From Lama guanicoe (lineage: Eukaryota), in assembly GCA_013239625.1 (NCBI GenBank), contig MU054323.1, positions 18,742,819 to 18,806,818 on the forward strand: a stretch of DNA of 64,000 nucleotides, read 5' to 3'. The notes beneath the pieces were generated by a model. It ran no database searches. It was not told the DNA's origin and saw only the letters and a list, made by a program, of their open reading frames with translations. Each line of letters opens with the position of its first letter. The first letter of the stretch is position 1. Shown piece after piece: positions 10,407-23,317 of this stretch. The position numbers and the translations under genes are program-made.

Positions 10407-13400
10407 CCCGTGTCAGACTTTTAATTTTTTGCCTGTAAGTTGTTACTCACCAGCAATGTTAACCTTCTAAAGGGCGGAGGGCATGTTTCTGTAATTCTCT
10501 TAGTGAGGCGTCATGATGAAATGAAAGCCCATTAAGTTATTTTCATATTTGTTTTTATTTATGTTATTTCTAGTACTTTTAGGCATTTTAGAAGCAGAAG
10601 AATGATCAACTACATGAAGTTTCACTATTTTTCATCTTTGGATAACAGTCAAGCTTTGACATAGACTGTAGCCTATCTAATTACATTTACTGAGTATCTT
10701 CACATTTCCAGGACAAATGTATAGTGACATTTCTAGCATCCTGCTTGCATCTCTTCTGTGGTTACCTCTGATGGATATAGACATAGGAATAGTTTTCTCA
10801 ACTAAGATTTGATTTATTTCTCCTAATGTGATTCTCTTTTAACTAAAAGTGCTTACAGGCAAATAGAATATGCTTGCTGTCCTTGAAAACTGCATAGACC
10901 AGTGGCAGAAGACAAGTTAATGTAACATTAAGCAAAATGAGCATTTATCATGGGGGGTTTTCATCTTAGTGCCCTGTGACTAAAATTTAAGCCACACGGT
11001 ATTAGAGAAAAGAGTTTATTTTCTGCATGATTATGTATTATTCCACTGATTTTAAAATTCTGTCTTGCTACTCTTTCATCAACATCCCTTTCTTGATAAA
11101 ACTGGATGATTTATCTTTATCTCTTTGGGGACTGATGTTCACTTTTAATGTCCATCAGAATTCTTGAGTGAAACTATTATGTTTCTCAGAAAGATCATAG
11201 CATTGAATGGTAAACTCCTAGCATATCCTCATTTATTCTTAGTGTGAAGGCATTCTTCAAATTAAAGAATTAAGTTAAAAGACTATAGAAGAACAAAGTT
11301 CATATCAAATAATAGAGCTCATTTGTACAGTGTTCTATCATCCATCATATTACTTTGATGTTTAAGCAGACTTCTTGGTGAAATTTAATGCAATTTATTG
11401 GTGATGAGGTTGATGTCAAGAAAATAAATCAAATGCTTGTTTTTTTTTTCTTTTATCCTCTCTCTTCCTTTCTTTCTCTCTTTCTTTCTAATGACCAGTT
11501 CTTTAATCCCAGGCAAAACTCTTAGCTTTCCCTGACTCCTTTATATCTCAGGTACCTCTGTCTTCCTTTTAACATAATTATATGAATTATATGACTTCTC
11601 TACTACAAGTCAGAAAGATTACCAGCACCTGAGATGGGGAGGGGACTAAAACTTGGCTGGAAAAATTGGACTTAAATCACAACTCCATCACTCATTTTTT
11701 TCTGTGAGAAGAGTGGAGTGAACTGTTTAAAACTCTGGACCCTCCAGCTGGACTGCCTGGATATTAATTTTTTGCTTATTTGTTTTGTGTTTTAGATTCC
11801 ACACATGATAATAAGCTCAATAAAATCTTTACTTCTTAAATTTTATAAAGATTTAATCTCCATCTAAAGCTCATTTCTCCAACTGTCTCTCTTGCTTGTA
11901 GAAGCCCCTACACATCATACGAACCCCTTCAAAACTGCACAGTGAGCGCATCTCTTTGGTGTGTTTAAAGGATAAAATTTTGCACTGTTGCCTGTGACCG
12001 GTCCCTGCTCCTGAAAATCACTCTGCTGGTTTCCTGCTAAAACGCAGTTCAAAATTCCAACATTTTTTCAGAGCTCACTAAAATCAAAGCTGTCCCTCCA
12101 GCTTGATTTTTGTACATTCCCACGTCTTTTGACAAGTCACTGTATCCTTCTGTGGCTGACTGATCACTGTGTTTAATAGTCTTCACCAGATCTACTTCAT
12201 TCTAATTAGGCCATCCCTGCGATGAGACCCAAAGCACGAGCTCAGCATTTGTCACCAGGAGGATGTTATCCGGAAAAGAAAGGAAACATTTCTTTTCACA
12301 AATTTTCTATAATTGGCTACTTTCTTCATTCTTGGCTTCTTATCTCCTCAGTGAGGCGATATTGAAACAAGTACAGTGAACTTGAAGTATTTTTTGTTCT
12401 GAGATGATTCTCTCCTGAACTCAATTTTTTTTTTCAGGAAAATGTTTATCTTACTATCTCTGTACTTCATGACTCTGTGATTTTGACAAGTGATGGATGA
12501 AAAAAAAACCCACAAACAAAATAAATTGCCTCATTATATTATCAGATTTCACCATAAGTGCCAAAAAATACAGGAAATATTTTAGGTTTCTTGGGTCTTA
12601 AGATTTAAACATGGATATGTTTACCTTGAGGGTAAATGATTTTGATGGGAATCTGTTTTTCCCTACATCTATTTTTTTTAATTTCAAATTCTGTGGATTC
12701 AGTAAATACTTTTTGAAGAAAGAAGGTAGTTTCAGATGTTATCTTTTTAAAGCACTTCTGCTCTATTTCGTATGTAATGCTTTAATTTTAAAAACTCTTC
12801 ACAATATCAAAACCTTGGCCTAGTTTGTGCACCTTTTCTGACTCAGAAAACCTTTCCCTGCAGCAATAATAAGTTTGCATTGATAAAAGGACTTGCAGCA
12901 AACTTAAAAAACACTGCCATATGGTTAACCTGACCTGGTTTTATTTGATCTGAGGTTTCCCAAAGCAATACAATACGTGTTTTGCTATGATCCAGAAAGA
13001 ATCAAGGCTTATTCCTGATTGGGGTCCAGGTCATGCAGGAGACTTGGGTGGGGGAAGACAGACCAGCTGCATTCTAGACCATACTAAAATCCTATAAATC
13101 TGTGGATGCTGGTGTCATAATTGCATAACCTGTTATTTGTCTAATTTGCTATAGTTTCCCAAGATATCTGCTCTTGGATTGCTATTATACAGTCCCTTCT
13201 CCCACTCCTCCAATTTTCATTAGCAAATACCTTTACAAATACAATTTGCATCTGTAAATAACCTAGAAGACCAATTAAGTAAATGATGATAAATGTATAT
13301 AATGAAATGTTATACTTATTAAAATGACTGTGTCAATTAGGATTATAGTTAATTTTTATTTTCTTCATTGTAAATTTTTAACTTCCCCAATTATCAACAA

Positions 13401-13994
13401 TTACCATGTATTATTTTTGGAATCAGAAAGAAACGATGTTTCAAAATACACTTCATTCTAAATACAGGACTTAATTTGTCTCCAAATATTCATATTTTCA
13501 AATGAGATTCAAGGGAATATATGAAAAAATAATAAGCAAATAATAAATCAAAAGAAGTTTATTTGGCTTATAAATTATTATGGACCCAGATTCAAAACAT
13601 TTGCTATAGGTATATATTTATATGAAGTATTTCTTTCTTACCGATATAGTGATAGTCATAAATAGTTTACAGAGAAAATTAAATCTCAATTAAAAATCTT
13701 GAATAAACATGTTTCAAGAACAAATTCTCATACATAGTTATCATAAAGCAAGCAGCACATTTATAACAGAACATCTCTTGTCCTCACTTGCTTAAAAATC
13801 ATGTGTCTTCATTGATTAGAAAATAACATTTAAACACCTTTTTATGCCATTTGCTCTCTGAATCTAAAATGTTTCCCCAGCACATCCTCTCAAATGATCT
13901 CCTAGCTCTGCCTTTCAAGCCTATCACATTTCCCAGAAATTTATAAGCCCAGACTCCAGGATCATAATCCGATAAATTAGATATTAATAATACA

Positions 13995-15700
13995 GAATAT
14001 ACCATTTCTTCCCCTTTTGTCTTTTCTTAAAATGCCAACACGCCCCTCCTCTTTCCTCATTCTTATATAATGACTTCTCTTATTTCGTTGAACAAATAGA
14101 AGCCATCAGAAAATTATTTTTATCTTTCTACTACCAAATCCTCTTAACGATCTGCACTGGCAGATCTGCTCTACTGTCCTCTGGTAAACGGTACACTCTC
14201 TGAGCTCCTTTCTACTTTTTACCTTTTTATTGAATCTCATCTCTTTTTGTATACAGAAACATTTTTCTTGCAATTATCCACTCCCTTTACATATGCGTCA
14301 TGAATCTTTCCCTCTTTATAGAATTGTTTTCATTGGAAACAAATAAGAACGTCTTTCATCTTTATAGGCCTCTCTGGAGGGCAACTCTCTCTTCAGTTAT
14401 TGTCTCATTTCTCTAACCAAGGGGAAAAAATAGTTTAGGTAACTCAAGTAGAGAGGTTAAAGACTTTATTCACCTGATGCATATCAAGGACCACCTGAAG
14501 ACCAAGTAGTTTGCTGAGTCAAAGCCGGATTTTATTGGGGGAGGAGCAGAAAGGGAGACTGGTGGTTTGACTCACATGGCAGCTTTCGCCTCTAACTCTT
14601 GTGAAACTTGCTGTTGGGTCGGTTGAAGATTGTTCCAGTTTTCCATTCCTTCTACTTGGTATTATTGGCAGACAGACATCCCAGTAACTGTCAGAACAGT
14701 TTTATCAAGAACTGTTTGGTAAGCCTTGTGGTTTGTTGGGTAGACAAGCTTCAAGGGTGGGAGATTTAGCAAAAAAAAAAAAAAAGGGAAAAGAAAGAAA
14801 GGGAACAGAAGCAATGATTGAAGCAAAGAAAAACTGGGGGCCCTGTATCATGTCTCTTTTAATTCTTTGTATTCTGCTTTCGTTTATGGAAAAATTCCAT
14901 AAAATTATGTTTTATACTCTTTGTTATCTTTAATGCCTTTCCTCACATTCTTTCTAATCAAGCTTTCTTCCACAACACGCCACTGAAAATCCTCTTGGCC
15001 ATGTTTTCAATGATGGCCATTTTGTCAAATCCAACATGAAACACCCAGCTCTCATTTTACCCAAAATTTCAACCTCATTTGTTGTTGTACAGTTTCTGCC
15101 TTAATAGATTAAGATCCCTCTGGAAGGCAATTTTAATTAAAATAAATACACAATCCACTCAAATAAATATTCGGATCACCAGTGGCCTCAGAGCACTATT
15201 GCTGCTATATCCAATGGTAAATTGAGTCCTTATCTTGCTTGATATATTTATATTTGACTCAGTTGATCAGCCCTTCTTTAAAATATCTTCTTCACTTATC
15301 TTTCAGGGTTCCTCCCTGTCATGGTTTTCCTGGACATTTTCTGAACTAACTCACTGGCCATTTCTTGTCAGTCTCTTTTTAGCATTTCTGCTTTTTTCCC
15401 CCTAGACTTTACGTGACATGGAGCCCCAAGGCTCACATTTTCTCATTTTCCTGTTTGCCTTCCCTTGCTTCCTAGATGATCTTATTTGGTGCTGCTGGTT
15501 TTCAATAAAAATCTGTGTGCTGATGACTCACTCCCAAAGTTATATCTCTGGGCTCACAATTTACCGTGAAACTCAGTCTCAAGATTTTCTTTTTCACTTC
15601 AGAAGGTAAAGGCTTTGATTGTCTGGTTCACAGCTCTGTGATTAATGTCTGGAATAGTGCCTGAAATGTGGTATGCATTCCATAAAATTTTGTTCACTAA
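13995..15700 (+). mobile_element. LINE-2 fragments, interrupted by an LTR-like insert
   Basis: L2-like blocks: AAATAGAAGCCATCAGAAAA, CCACTGAAAATCCTCTTGGCC, CCAATGGTAAATTGAGTCCTTATCTTGCTTGA, TTTGACTCAGTTGATCA, GCTGATGACTCACTCCCAAAGTTATATCTCT, and an L2 3'-end-like segment at 15610-15700. Confidence 0.7.
14414..14850 (-). mobile_element. Probable ERV LTR inserted in L2
   Basis: About 440-bp non-L2 block splitting the L2. On the minus strand it begins TGATACAGGGCCCCC and has AATAAA (plus TTTATT 14465-14470) near its far end. Flanks TTTCTC / TGTCTC are TSD-like. Confidence 0.45.
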
Positions 15701-16814
15701 GTAACGCATAGATTTTCTGTTATTTCTACAGCACATAAGCTATTATCTATCCTGGGATGGTAATTTTTAACTATTCCTTCTGAGGAGTCTTCTACATTTT
15801 TTCCAAGCATGGGTCAATTTTTGATTGATCATCCGCTTGTCATTCTACCCCACTTTGCACAAATCCACAATATTGTTATAAGATTGGAGGACTTTATAGT
15901 AGTCACTGGTGTATGTACTGGTGCATCCTATTAGAATATGAAGTATTTGAGGACTTGAATCATATTTCATGAACCTTTTTGTCCCAGCACCTAACACCAT
16001 GCTTGGCCTATTATAGATGCAGTGACATTTTTGTTGACAATATGAGCCCATTTTCTTCAGTTTGCATAATCAGAACTTAAATCTGTTTCAAAACTTCATA
16101 AAGCTTGTCTTTTTCTCTGGTTCATCAGTGCATTCATCTAGCTATTTCTCCAGATGCCACGGCCAATTCTTTTAAAATTTATTTTGTAATACAAGATGTC
16201 TGTTCTGTCACCCCATTGGCCACAAGAGCCCCATTATAGCCATTTATATCTCCTAACAAGAGAAGAAAAATCACTCTGTCTTGGGTTCAAGCCTGATTCA
16301 GAGGCTTTTTCAGGTTGAAATAGTCACAGCAGTCAAAACACAATGTAAACATGAGTTTGGAGTTTTGGGACTTCTTTATAAATACAAATACGTTTCTTTT
16401 TAGGTGCTGTTATTTATTATTTTCCACTATCAACTCAATGTTATTTACGTGTCTACACACGTATACATGTATAAATATATTCACACATACTTATGATGGA
16501 AGAGTGAGAGAAAAAAGTTGGAAAGAACTACATCAAAATAATAATTGTTCTCTCTGGGAGGTGATTTTTATTTATATATATTTTCCTGTGTTTATTTTTT
16601 TGTATTTTCATGTACTTTTGGAGTTAGTCCAATCATTTTATGTTTTGTCACAAAAATATATGAATCTAAAACAAAAGGGGAACTATAGAATTCTCAAATT
16701 TTAAAGCAACCAATAAAATTGCTAGTTTTAATTTAACATTAAATTCTGAATTTTTGTTTAGGAATTTTTCTCTTGGTTCTCAAAAGTGATAAAACTAATA
16801 GAATGTAACAGCAG

Positions 16815-16990
16815 AAGGAGTAGTGAACAGAAAACTTAGTGACTTAGAAAACCCTGATCTTGGTCCTCACTCTGTCACAAACCATGTGACATTTGGAGGG
16901 GACTTCATGTTTCTGGTCATCAGTTCCTCCATCTCTGAGCCAAAAGGGCTGGGGAAGATTACCTCTAAAAATCCTCCTCTGAACCCCTGA
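16815..16990 (+). mobile_element. MIR/MIR3 SINE
   Basis: CTCTGTCACAAACCATGTGACATTTGG...TCAGTTCCTCCATCTCTGAG, ending GGAAGATTACCTCTAAAAATCCTCCTCTGAAC. Confidence 0.65.
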
Positions 16991-17399
16991 GTTCATTATG
17001 AAAATGCTACTCGAAGAACTATTTTGTACCATGTTGCTTAACACACATGAAAAGGAGACTTATTTCATGTATTTCAGGGTGCTGTTTGCAATAATGATCC
17101 CGAAGTGTCTGAAATTTAGAAACTGCTGTGTGCTAAACATGTCAGAGTTCAACATCATACTTGACTCTTTCGTTGGGAGTTTCTCATTTCAGTTTCTTGT
17201 GGGAACCAATCCTTCCTGGAGTATTTTTTTTTTAATACCCATGTATTCTTCCATTATGATTCTGAGCCTTCCAAGATACCAGCTACAGTTAAAAAGTGTG
17301 TGGGAGGACATTTGATTTTGGACATCATAAGTGTAATTTCAAACACTTCCTTTAAGAGAGAGAAAGAAAAGAATTCAAAAACATTTCTCTAAAATGGGC

Positions 17400-18130
17400 T
17401 TCCTTGGCTATGGAGAAGTTGCGCACGGGCCAAATTGTGTGTGAACAAGTTAAATGGGATACAACTGATAAGTGCTCATCTCATAGCCCCGGGCAGGTGG
17501 TTAAGAAGCAGCTGGAGGAATTGTAAGAATGCCTGAGGAAAATTTAAACTCCTTGTCAGCTGACACCTTGGTGCTCCTGCAGTGCGAGGGGGAGACGTAC
17601 TGTAATGAATGTGCGCGCCAGGCAAATTCTGTAAAAACCGTCTTACCGTGGGCTAAATCCAGCTATTTTTACTAAAATTGCTACTTTGAATTGTTCTTGG
17701 GAGATTTTCTGCCTTATTGTCTCCCTCTCTGTGGATTGACCTTCTGTGAGAAGCAGGGAGGGTGAGGTCCTCGAGAAAAGACACGGAATTGGAAAAAATA
17801 GAGCCAAGATACATCGCTGGGAGCAAAGAGGATGCTTAGCGCCTCTGGCAGGGCGGTGAAGTGGGTTGCTGCCCACCCACTGCCTCCAGAAAGGCATCAG
17901 CTAAAACTGGGCCTCAGCTTTAATAATAGCTTTAATAATAATAGTATTTGTAAAACATATCTCTCTAAAGAACTCAAAGCACTTCCCACTCACAGTCTTC
18001 CTGGGCCTGGGTGGGCCCAGCTACTTGACCCGGGCGGCAGGGAGCATAACGAAAAGAATGTGGAGTTGTAGCTTCTGAGGACCACCGTTCTTCACCGCTG
18101 TAGAATCGGCAGCCCACGGAAGCAGGCGGT
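17400..18130. promoter_or_regulatory. CpG-retaining, GC-elevated non-repeat element (candidate enhancer/promoter)
   Basis: Locally preserved CpGs, E-boxes CAGGTG and CAGCTG, palindrome TGTCAGCTGACA (17554-17565), MEF2-like GCTATTTTTAC, and GC boxes GGGCGG near 17851 and 18032. Confidence 0.45.
17647..17743 (-). other. Candidate 97-nt exon of an unknown minus-strand transcript
   Basis: Minus strand reads branch-like CCTCAC, pyrimidine tract CCTCCCTGCTTCTCA and CAG| acceptor, then donor ACG|GTAAGA. One frame is open (GQSTERETIRQKISQEQFKVAILVKIAGFSP) but I do not recognise it. Confidence 0.3.
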
Positions 18131-20134
18131 GTGGAAACTTCCTCCTCATGATGGACTTATTTCCTGGTACCCCTCATGAACAAAAACATTAAAAACAAAC
18201 AAACAAACAAACCTTTAAATATTTTGTAGTAATTTTGCAACTTACTTATAAGAATTTTTTTAATAGTTTTTCAGCCTGTTTTCCCCTCCCCCATGTAACT
18301 TCTCTTTTCCTGGGTATAATTATTCATCATTGCCCGTTTAATGGCTTCAGATACACAAACTATGCCCTTTAGGCTCTGTAATTAAAAAGCACTCAGATTT
18401 TTAAATTCAGTTGAATTTCTGAATTCTCTTATATTCTATACCATACTAACCACTTTTTAAGCAGGAGAGACTGATAAAATTAAAGTAAAAACAAATCAGT
18501 CTTAAAAATTTTCATAAGAATCACAAGAGGTACCATTAATGCAGGTGTAAACATGACCTCTGGATTTTTGTTTAATAGTCAAATACAATCTTTAAAAATA
18601 GAGTCATATAATTTTTTGATATCCATCCTCTGGTAGTCATTAATAATGCTATACTGCTTTGAAACTCAACTAAATCTGCTTATTTTCTCCTACTGAAGTG
18701 TTCCTTTACTCTCCCATTTGCCCATCTTGACCATGTAGAATTCAAGACTGTCCAAGATGGGAATATCTTGGATATTCCAATATCAATGGCTCATTTTCCA
18801 GATTTTCCCAATATACAGCAAGGCATGAATGCATTCAGTGGAGACTGGTGGCTAACAGATAATGAGTGTAAGATGATTGACTTCTTTTTTAAGTTTAGCA
18901 TGTGTATACGTCTTTAATGGGGAGGTACTCTCAATGGGTGGTTTGGAAAAGAAATCATAACAAGATGGGCCACTTCCTGATGCTTTTCTTTGTTCCGAGC
19001 TTGGAGGCAAAGCCTTGGGGAATTTGCAGAATAAATAAAATTGGAAAATTTGCCCACTCACAAATAGCTCATGGTTGTTACCTAATTTTCAAATTATAAT
19101 ACTGTCTTTAATATGATTTGTTTATATCAAAATATGAATACTATCTGTTTAGCTACATAAAAGTAACTAAGATATGTCATTTTGGAACTAGAGAGGGTTT
19201 TGATGAGCTCATCAAAGGGCTTGATTTTATGGAAATTTAAATGTCTTGCACAGAAAGTTACTCTTTTGGTAGAAATGTCAGTCTCACCACATGCCAAGTT
19301 TCTCTACCCCCACAATGTTCTGTGGTTCATATAACTGCAGGAATGTTGGTGTGAAAATATATAACTGTATAACATATGTTGTACTGAGCCATCCTGGGGA
19401 ATTTTAAAACACAACGTGTATTTATTTCTGAACATTTTTCGGGATGCTATTCAGAAGTCACTGCCAGAGCCAAAGTTGTCCTTGTCCTTAGACAGACCTT
19501 GCCTGATGTTCAATAAATAATCATCTAAATGTGAGTATGATTTTTCATTCTAATACCCATTTCCTTGAATCAATCTGGATGGGAAAAGGAAAGTGAACAA
19601 AATTGTTCCAGTATGTTATAAACACTCTCATCTCCATGTGGAAATTCTTATTTAAAACTCCTGGAGCCGTATTTTTGGCAAAAAAAAAAAAAGAAAAAAG
19701 AAAAGAAAAGAAACAGCAGATGTATCAAAATTCTCTTATCCTGATTATGCTATTAGAAAATAAAAGTAGCTTATTTTTTTAAAAACTGGAGCTTCATGTC
19801 ACAGTTCTTTAATTGGGACTGACAAAATACATTTTCAGAGTTTATAAAAAACATGATTGGTTTCCTCTTAAAAACAGTACACGGTATTCAATGTGATTTT
19901 CCAACCAAGATCACAATAATTTCTTGGGTTTCTTCCCATTAATACCTCTGTGTCGATAATAACAGCATGTTTCCAGGCACAGTTTTCACAGAACGGCTTT
20001 TCCAAAATACTTACTTGGCCAGTAACTTAAGAGAGCACCGCTGTTACCTCGTCTTCCTTATCCACTCCCCCACTCACCTTTTCCTGGCTTCCTGATGCAC
20101 AGCAAAAAGACTTTTCACTAATATCTTTATTCTG

Positions 20135-20215
20135 TTTCTCTCTTCCTCTCTGTCTCTCTGTCTTTGTCCCTCTGTCTCTCTCTCTGTATATACACATATA
20201 TATATATATACAAAA
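20135..20215. repeat. Compound (CT/GT)n-(TA)n low-complexity repeat
   Basis: TCTCTCTTCCTCTCTGTCTCTCTGTC...TATATACACATATATATATATA. Confidence 0.85.
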
Positions 20216-21269
20216 TATATGGACCAAATGTATCTATTTTAATTTTATTATAATTTATATATTACCATACATTATATTACATAATTACTTAATAATAATT
20301 AAAATACTCTTAATTTTTTATTCAAGAATCTTCTTTTTAGAATTAAGTTGCCATAGCAGTGCTGAGAGAGAGTTCGATTTATTCTGTCGGGACACATGAT
20401 TCTTACGCTTTTGCAGTTGGTGGTTTTCAGGTAAAGCAGGCAAAGCTTCAAAGTTGAATTATGCATCTTGTATAGAGGACAGCTTTTAGCTAAGCCATGT
20501 CCTGAAAATCAGTGGCACAGTCCATGCAGTTTGTGGGCTTAAATATGTATCTTTATGATGTGTGTTATTTATGGGCTGCAATCACCTCAAATCTTTATCT
20601 ATGAAAATAATCACAGGAAACACTTTAGGAGAAATCCAAGGCATGCATAGAATTAGATCACCAAATCTTACTTCTGCAGTCCAGATAGGACCGAGTAGAT
20701 GACGCAGTGTAACTGTGAACAATGTATACCGACTGCTCCTTCAGATAACTACTCATTTCTTTTTTTAAATTTAGACTCTTCCAACCGGGAAAATAATTTT
20801 GATATCACAAAGACATACTTAAAAGGTCTAAAAGGTTTTTATCCCATTCATTAATACTCTCCATAAACATTGATTGAATACTGTTTGAGATAGAAATTTT
20901 TCAATTTAATCTTGTTTCTTAAAACATTTTTCCCTAGTAGTACCTTTATTTATTAATAATATTAAAAGGGAAATATATGAAATGAAATTAAGTGAAGTTA
21001 TATTAGAGAGTAACTAATTCCTTGACAGTTGAGTGCATGCCCTCCTTCTAATTCCCCAGTTAGGACTGACTTTTAACAACTGCAGAAATGAAGCAAGCAC
21101 TACAGTGAAGAGTAGAAGAGCTAATTGGACTTAGTTATGAGGCAAACTTTACAATGTACATTGAACAGCAAATGCAACTATAATATTGCAAACACGTATT
21201 GTATCATAAATCTGAATTTATGGATAATATTTATTTTTAGTAGAATATTCTCGCTTACACATTTTATAA

Positions 21270-21820
21270 TACAACTTCAGACTGAAGATGATAGTTTGAA
21301 CACAAACATTTATTCCTTCTAGAAACCCCACTCAAATGTCAGACAGGGGAAGGATTTTTGCAAAATGAGCAAAACACAGAATGAGAGAGGATATAAGAGT
21401 CACATAATTTCAGAAGCTAAAAAAATAGGTAACCAAAAAGTCTTGACTCAACAGGCTTAAGAAATCTGATCTCTAAGCCAGCAGGGGAAAAAGCCAAGGA
21501 GCAACCAATTAAATACGACATAACAACCCCATCACAGGAAAGTTGACAGCACTTGTGACATTGAAAGTGGCAATAAAACTGGGACTAAAAAGAGGAAGAT
21601 TGATCAAAAAATGGCTAAAGATTGAATTAAGAAGAAATATTCAGATCCTCTTCCATACTGAGGAGGGAAGCCTCACCAGCGCAAAACTGAAGATTCAGCT
21701 TCTGGAAAATGTGAAGAGAACATCTGCTCCTGGGAACAGCACACAGAGCTGAGAGTGGAGACGTGTTCTGAAAACTGGGGAACCAACTGAACGCTGGGAC
21801 CCCCTGCTTTCTTCTCCACT
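21270..21820 (+). mobile_element. Possible ancient L1/HAL1 5' region
   Basis: Purine-rich block starting ACTTCAGACTGAAGATG...AAACCCCACTCAAATGTCAG that resembles old L1/HAL1 5'UTRs. Recognition by eye only. Confidence 0.3.
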
Positions 21821-22198
21821 TATTAAGGGCTGAATCAAGTCTCCACTGCCCCGAATTCACATATTGAAAGTCTAAACCCCAGTACCTCAGAATGTGACAG
21901 TATTTGGAGATAAGGCCTTTAAAATCAAGTCCGAATGAGGCCTTTGGGCTGGTGGCCTTATAAGAGGAACTTTGGACACAGAGAGAGACCAGAGATGCAC
22001 ACACGGGGGAAGACCATGCAAAGACGCAGGGGAAGGCAGTCCTGAGCAAGCGGAGGAGAGAGGCCTCAGGGGAGACCAAATTTGCTGGCACCTCGGTCTT
22101 GGACTTCTAGCCTCTAGAACTGTGAGAAATGAATTCTTGTTGCTAAAGCCACCCAGTCTGTGGTATTTTGTTATGGCAACCCAAGCAAACTTAGTACA
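21821..22198 (+). mobile_element. MaLR solo LTR (MLT1B-like)
   Basis: AATTCACATATTGAAAGTCTAAACCCCAGTACCTCAGAATGTGACAGTATTTGGAGATAAGGCCTTTAAA ... TTGGACTTCTAGCCTCTAGAACTGTGAGAAATGAATTCTTGTTGCTAAAGCCACCCAGTCTGTGGTATTTTGTTATGGCAACCCAAGCAAACTTAGTACA. Confidence 0.92.
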
Positions 22199-22466
22199 CT
22201 AGTTAACTTCAAGAGGACTGGCAGATTCTGGGCAAAACATTGAAAGACTCCACTGTGGAGACAATGTTGATTGCTGCACCCTTTTAATTACAATTTAAAA
22301 AAAATCAGAGGAGTGATAGACATATTTATTATCACCAGGGTGATATGCTTTAATGTTTTAAAAATTAAATATATAATAAATAAACTAGATTCAATAGAAT
22401 TAGAAAATTACAATTTTAATCAAATTTCTGATCACTAAATCACCGATTACTTATTATTTTCTAAAC

Positions 22467-23307
22467 TTTTTTTATTGATGTGTAGTTGATTTACAATATT
22501 ATAGTAGTTTTGGGTGTACAATATAGTGATTCAATATAATTTATAGATTATACTCCTTTTTTAAAGTTATTAGAAAATAAGGGCCATGTTCCCTGTTGTA
22601 CAATATATTCTTGTTGATTATTTATTTTATACATAGTAGTCTGTATTTCTTAAATTCCTATCCCTATCTTGCCCTCCGCCTTCCCTCTCCACTGGTAACC
22701 ACTAGTTTGTTCTCTATATCTGTGAATCTGTTTTTGTGTTATTACATTCTTTGTTTTATATTTTAGATTCCACGTATATAAGTGATAACAGGGTATTTGC
22801 CTTTCTCTGTCTGACATTTTAACTAAGCATAATACCCTCTAGCTCCAGTCACATTGTTGTAATGGTAGACTTTCTTTCTTTTTTATCACTGAGTAATATT
22901 CCTGTGTGTGTGTGTGTGTGTGTGTGTAAATGTATATATATTCACATCTTCTTTATCCATTCATGTGTTGATGAACATTTAAGTTATTTCCACATCTTGG
23001 CTATTGTAAATAATGCTGCTATGAACACTGGGGTGCATATATCTTTTCAGATTAGTGGGATTTTTTGTTTGTTTGTTTTTTAGGATGTATGCTCAGAAGT
23101 GGTATTGCTGGATCATATGGTAGCTCTATTTTTAATTTTTTAAGGAACCTTTGTACTGTTTTCCATAGTGACTGAACCAATTTACATTCCCACTACCAGT
23201 ATACAGGGAGTTCCTTTTCTCCATATCCTTTCCAACATTTGTTATTTATGGTCTTTTTGATGATAGCCATTCTGACAGGTGGGAGGTGGTATCCCATTGT
23301 GGTTTTG
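22467..23307 (-). mobile_element. L1 3' portion (ORF2 end plus 3'UTR), the non-inverted part of a 5'-inverted insertion
   Basis: Antisense L1 3'UTR and ORF2 C-terminal motifs (GGATCATATGGTAGCTCTATTTTTAATTTTTTAAGGAACC, GATAGCCATTCTGACAGGTGGGAGGTGGTATCCCATTGTGGTTTTG). Contains a TG repeat at about 22903-22927. Confidence 0.93.
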
Positions 23308-23317
23308 TCATTGTGGC

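Noticed and set aside
17835..17857. CTCF-like motif (minus CCTGCCAGAGGCGCT)
   Set aside because: About four mismatches, including the central AG of the core.
21627..22202. 154-aa and 76-aa ORFs
   Set aside because: They lie largely within the MLT1B-like LTR and are repeat-derived open frames.
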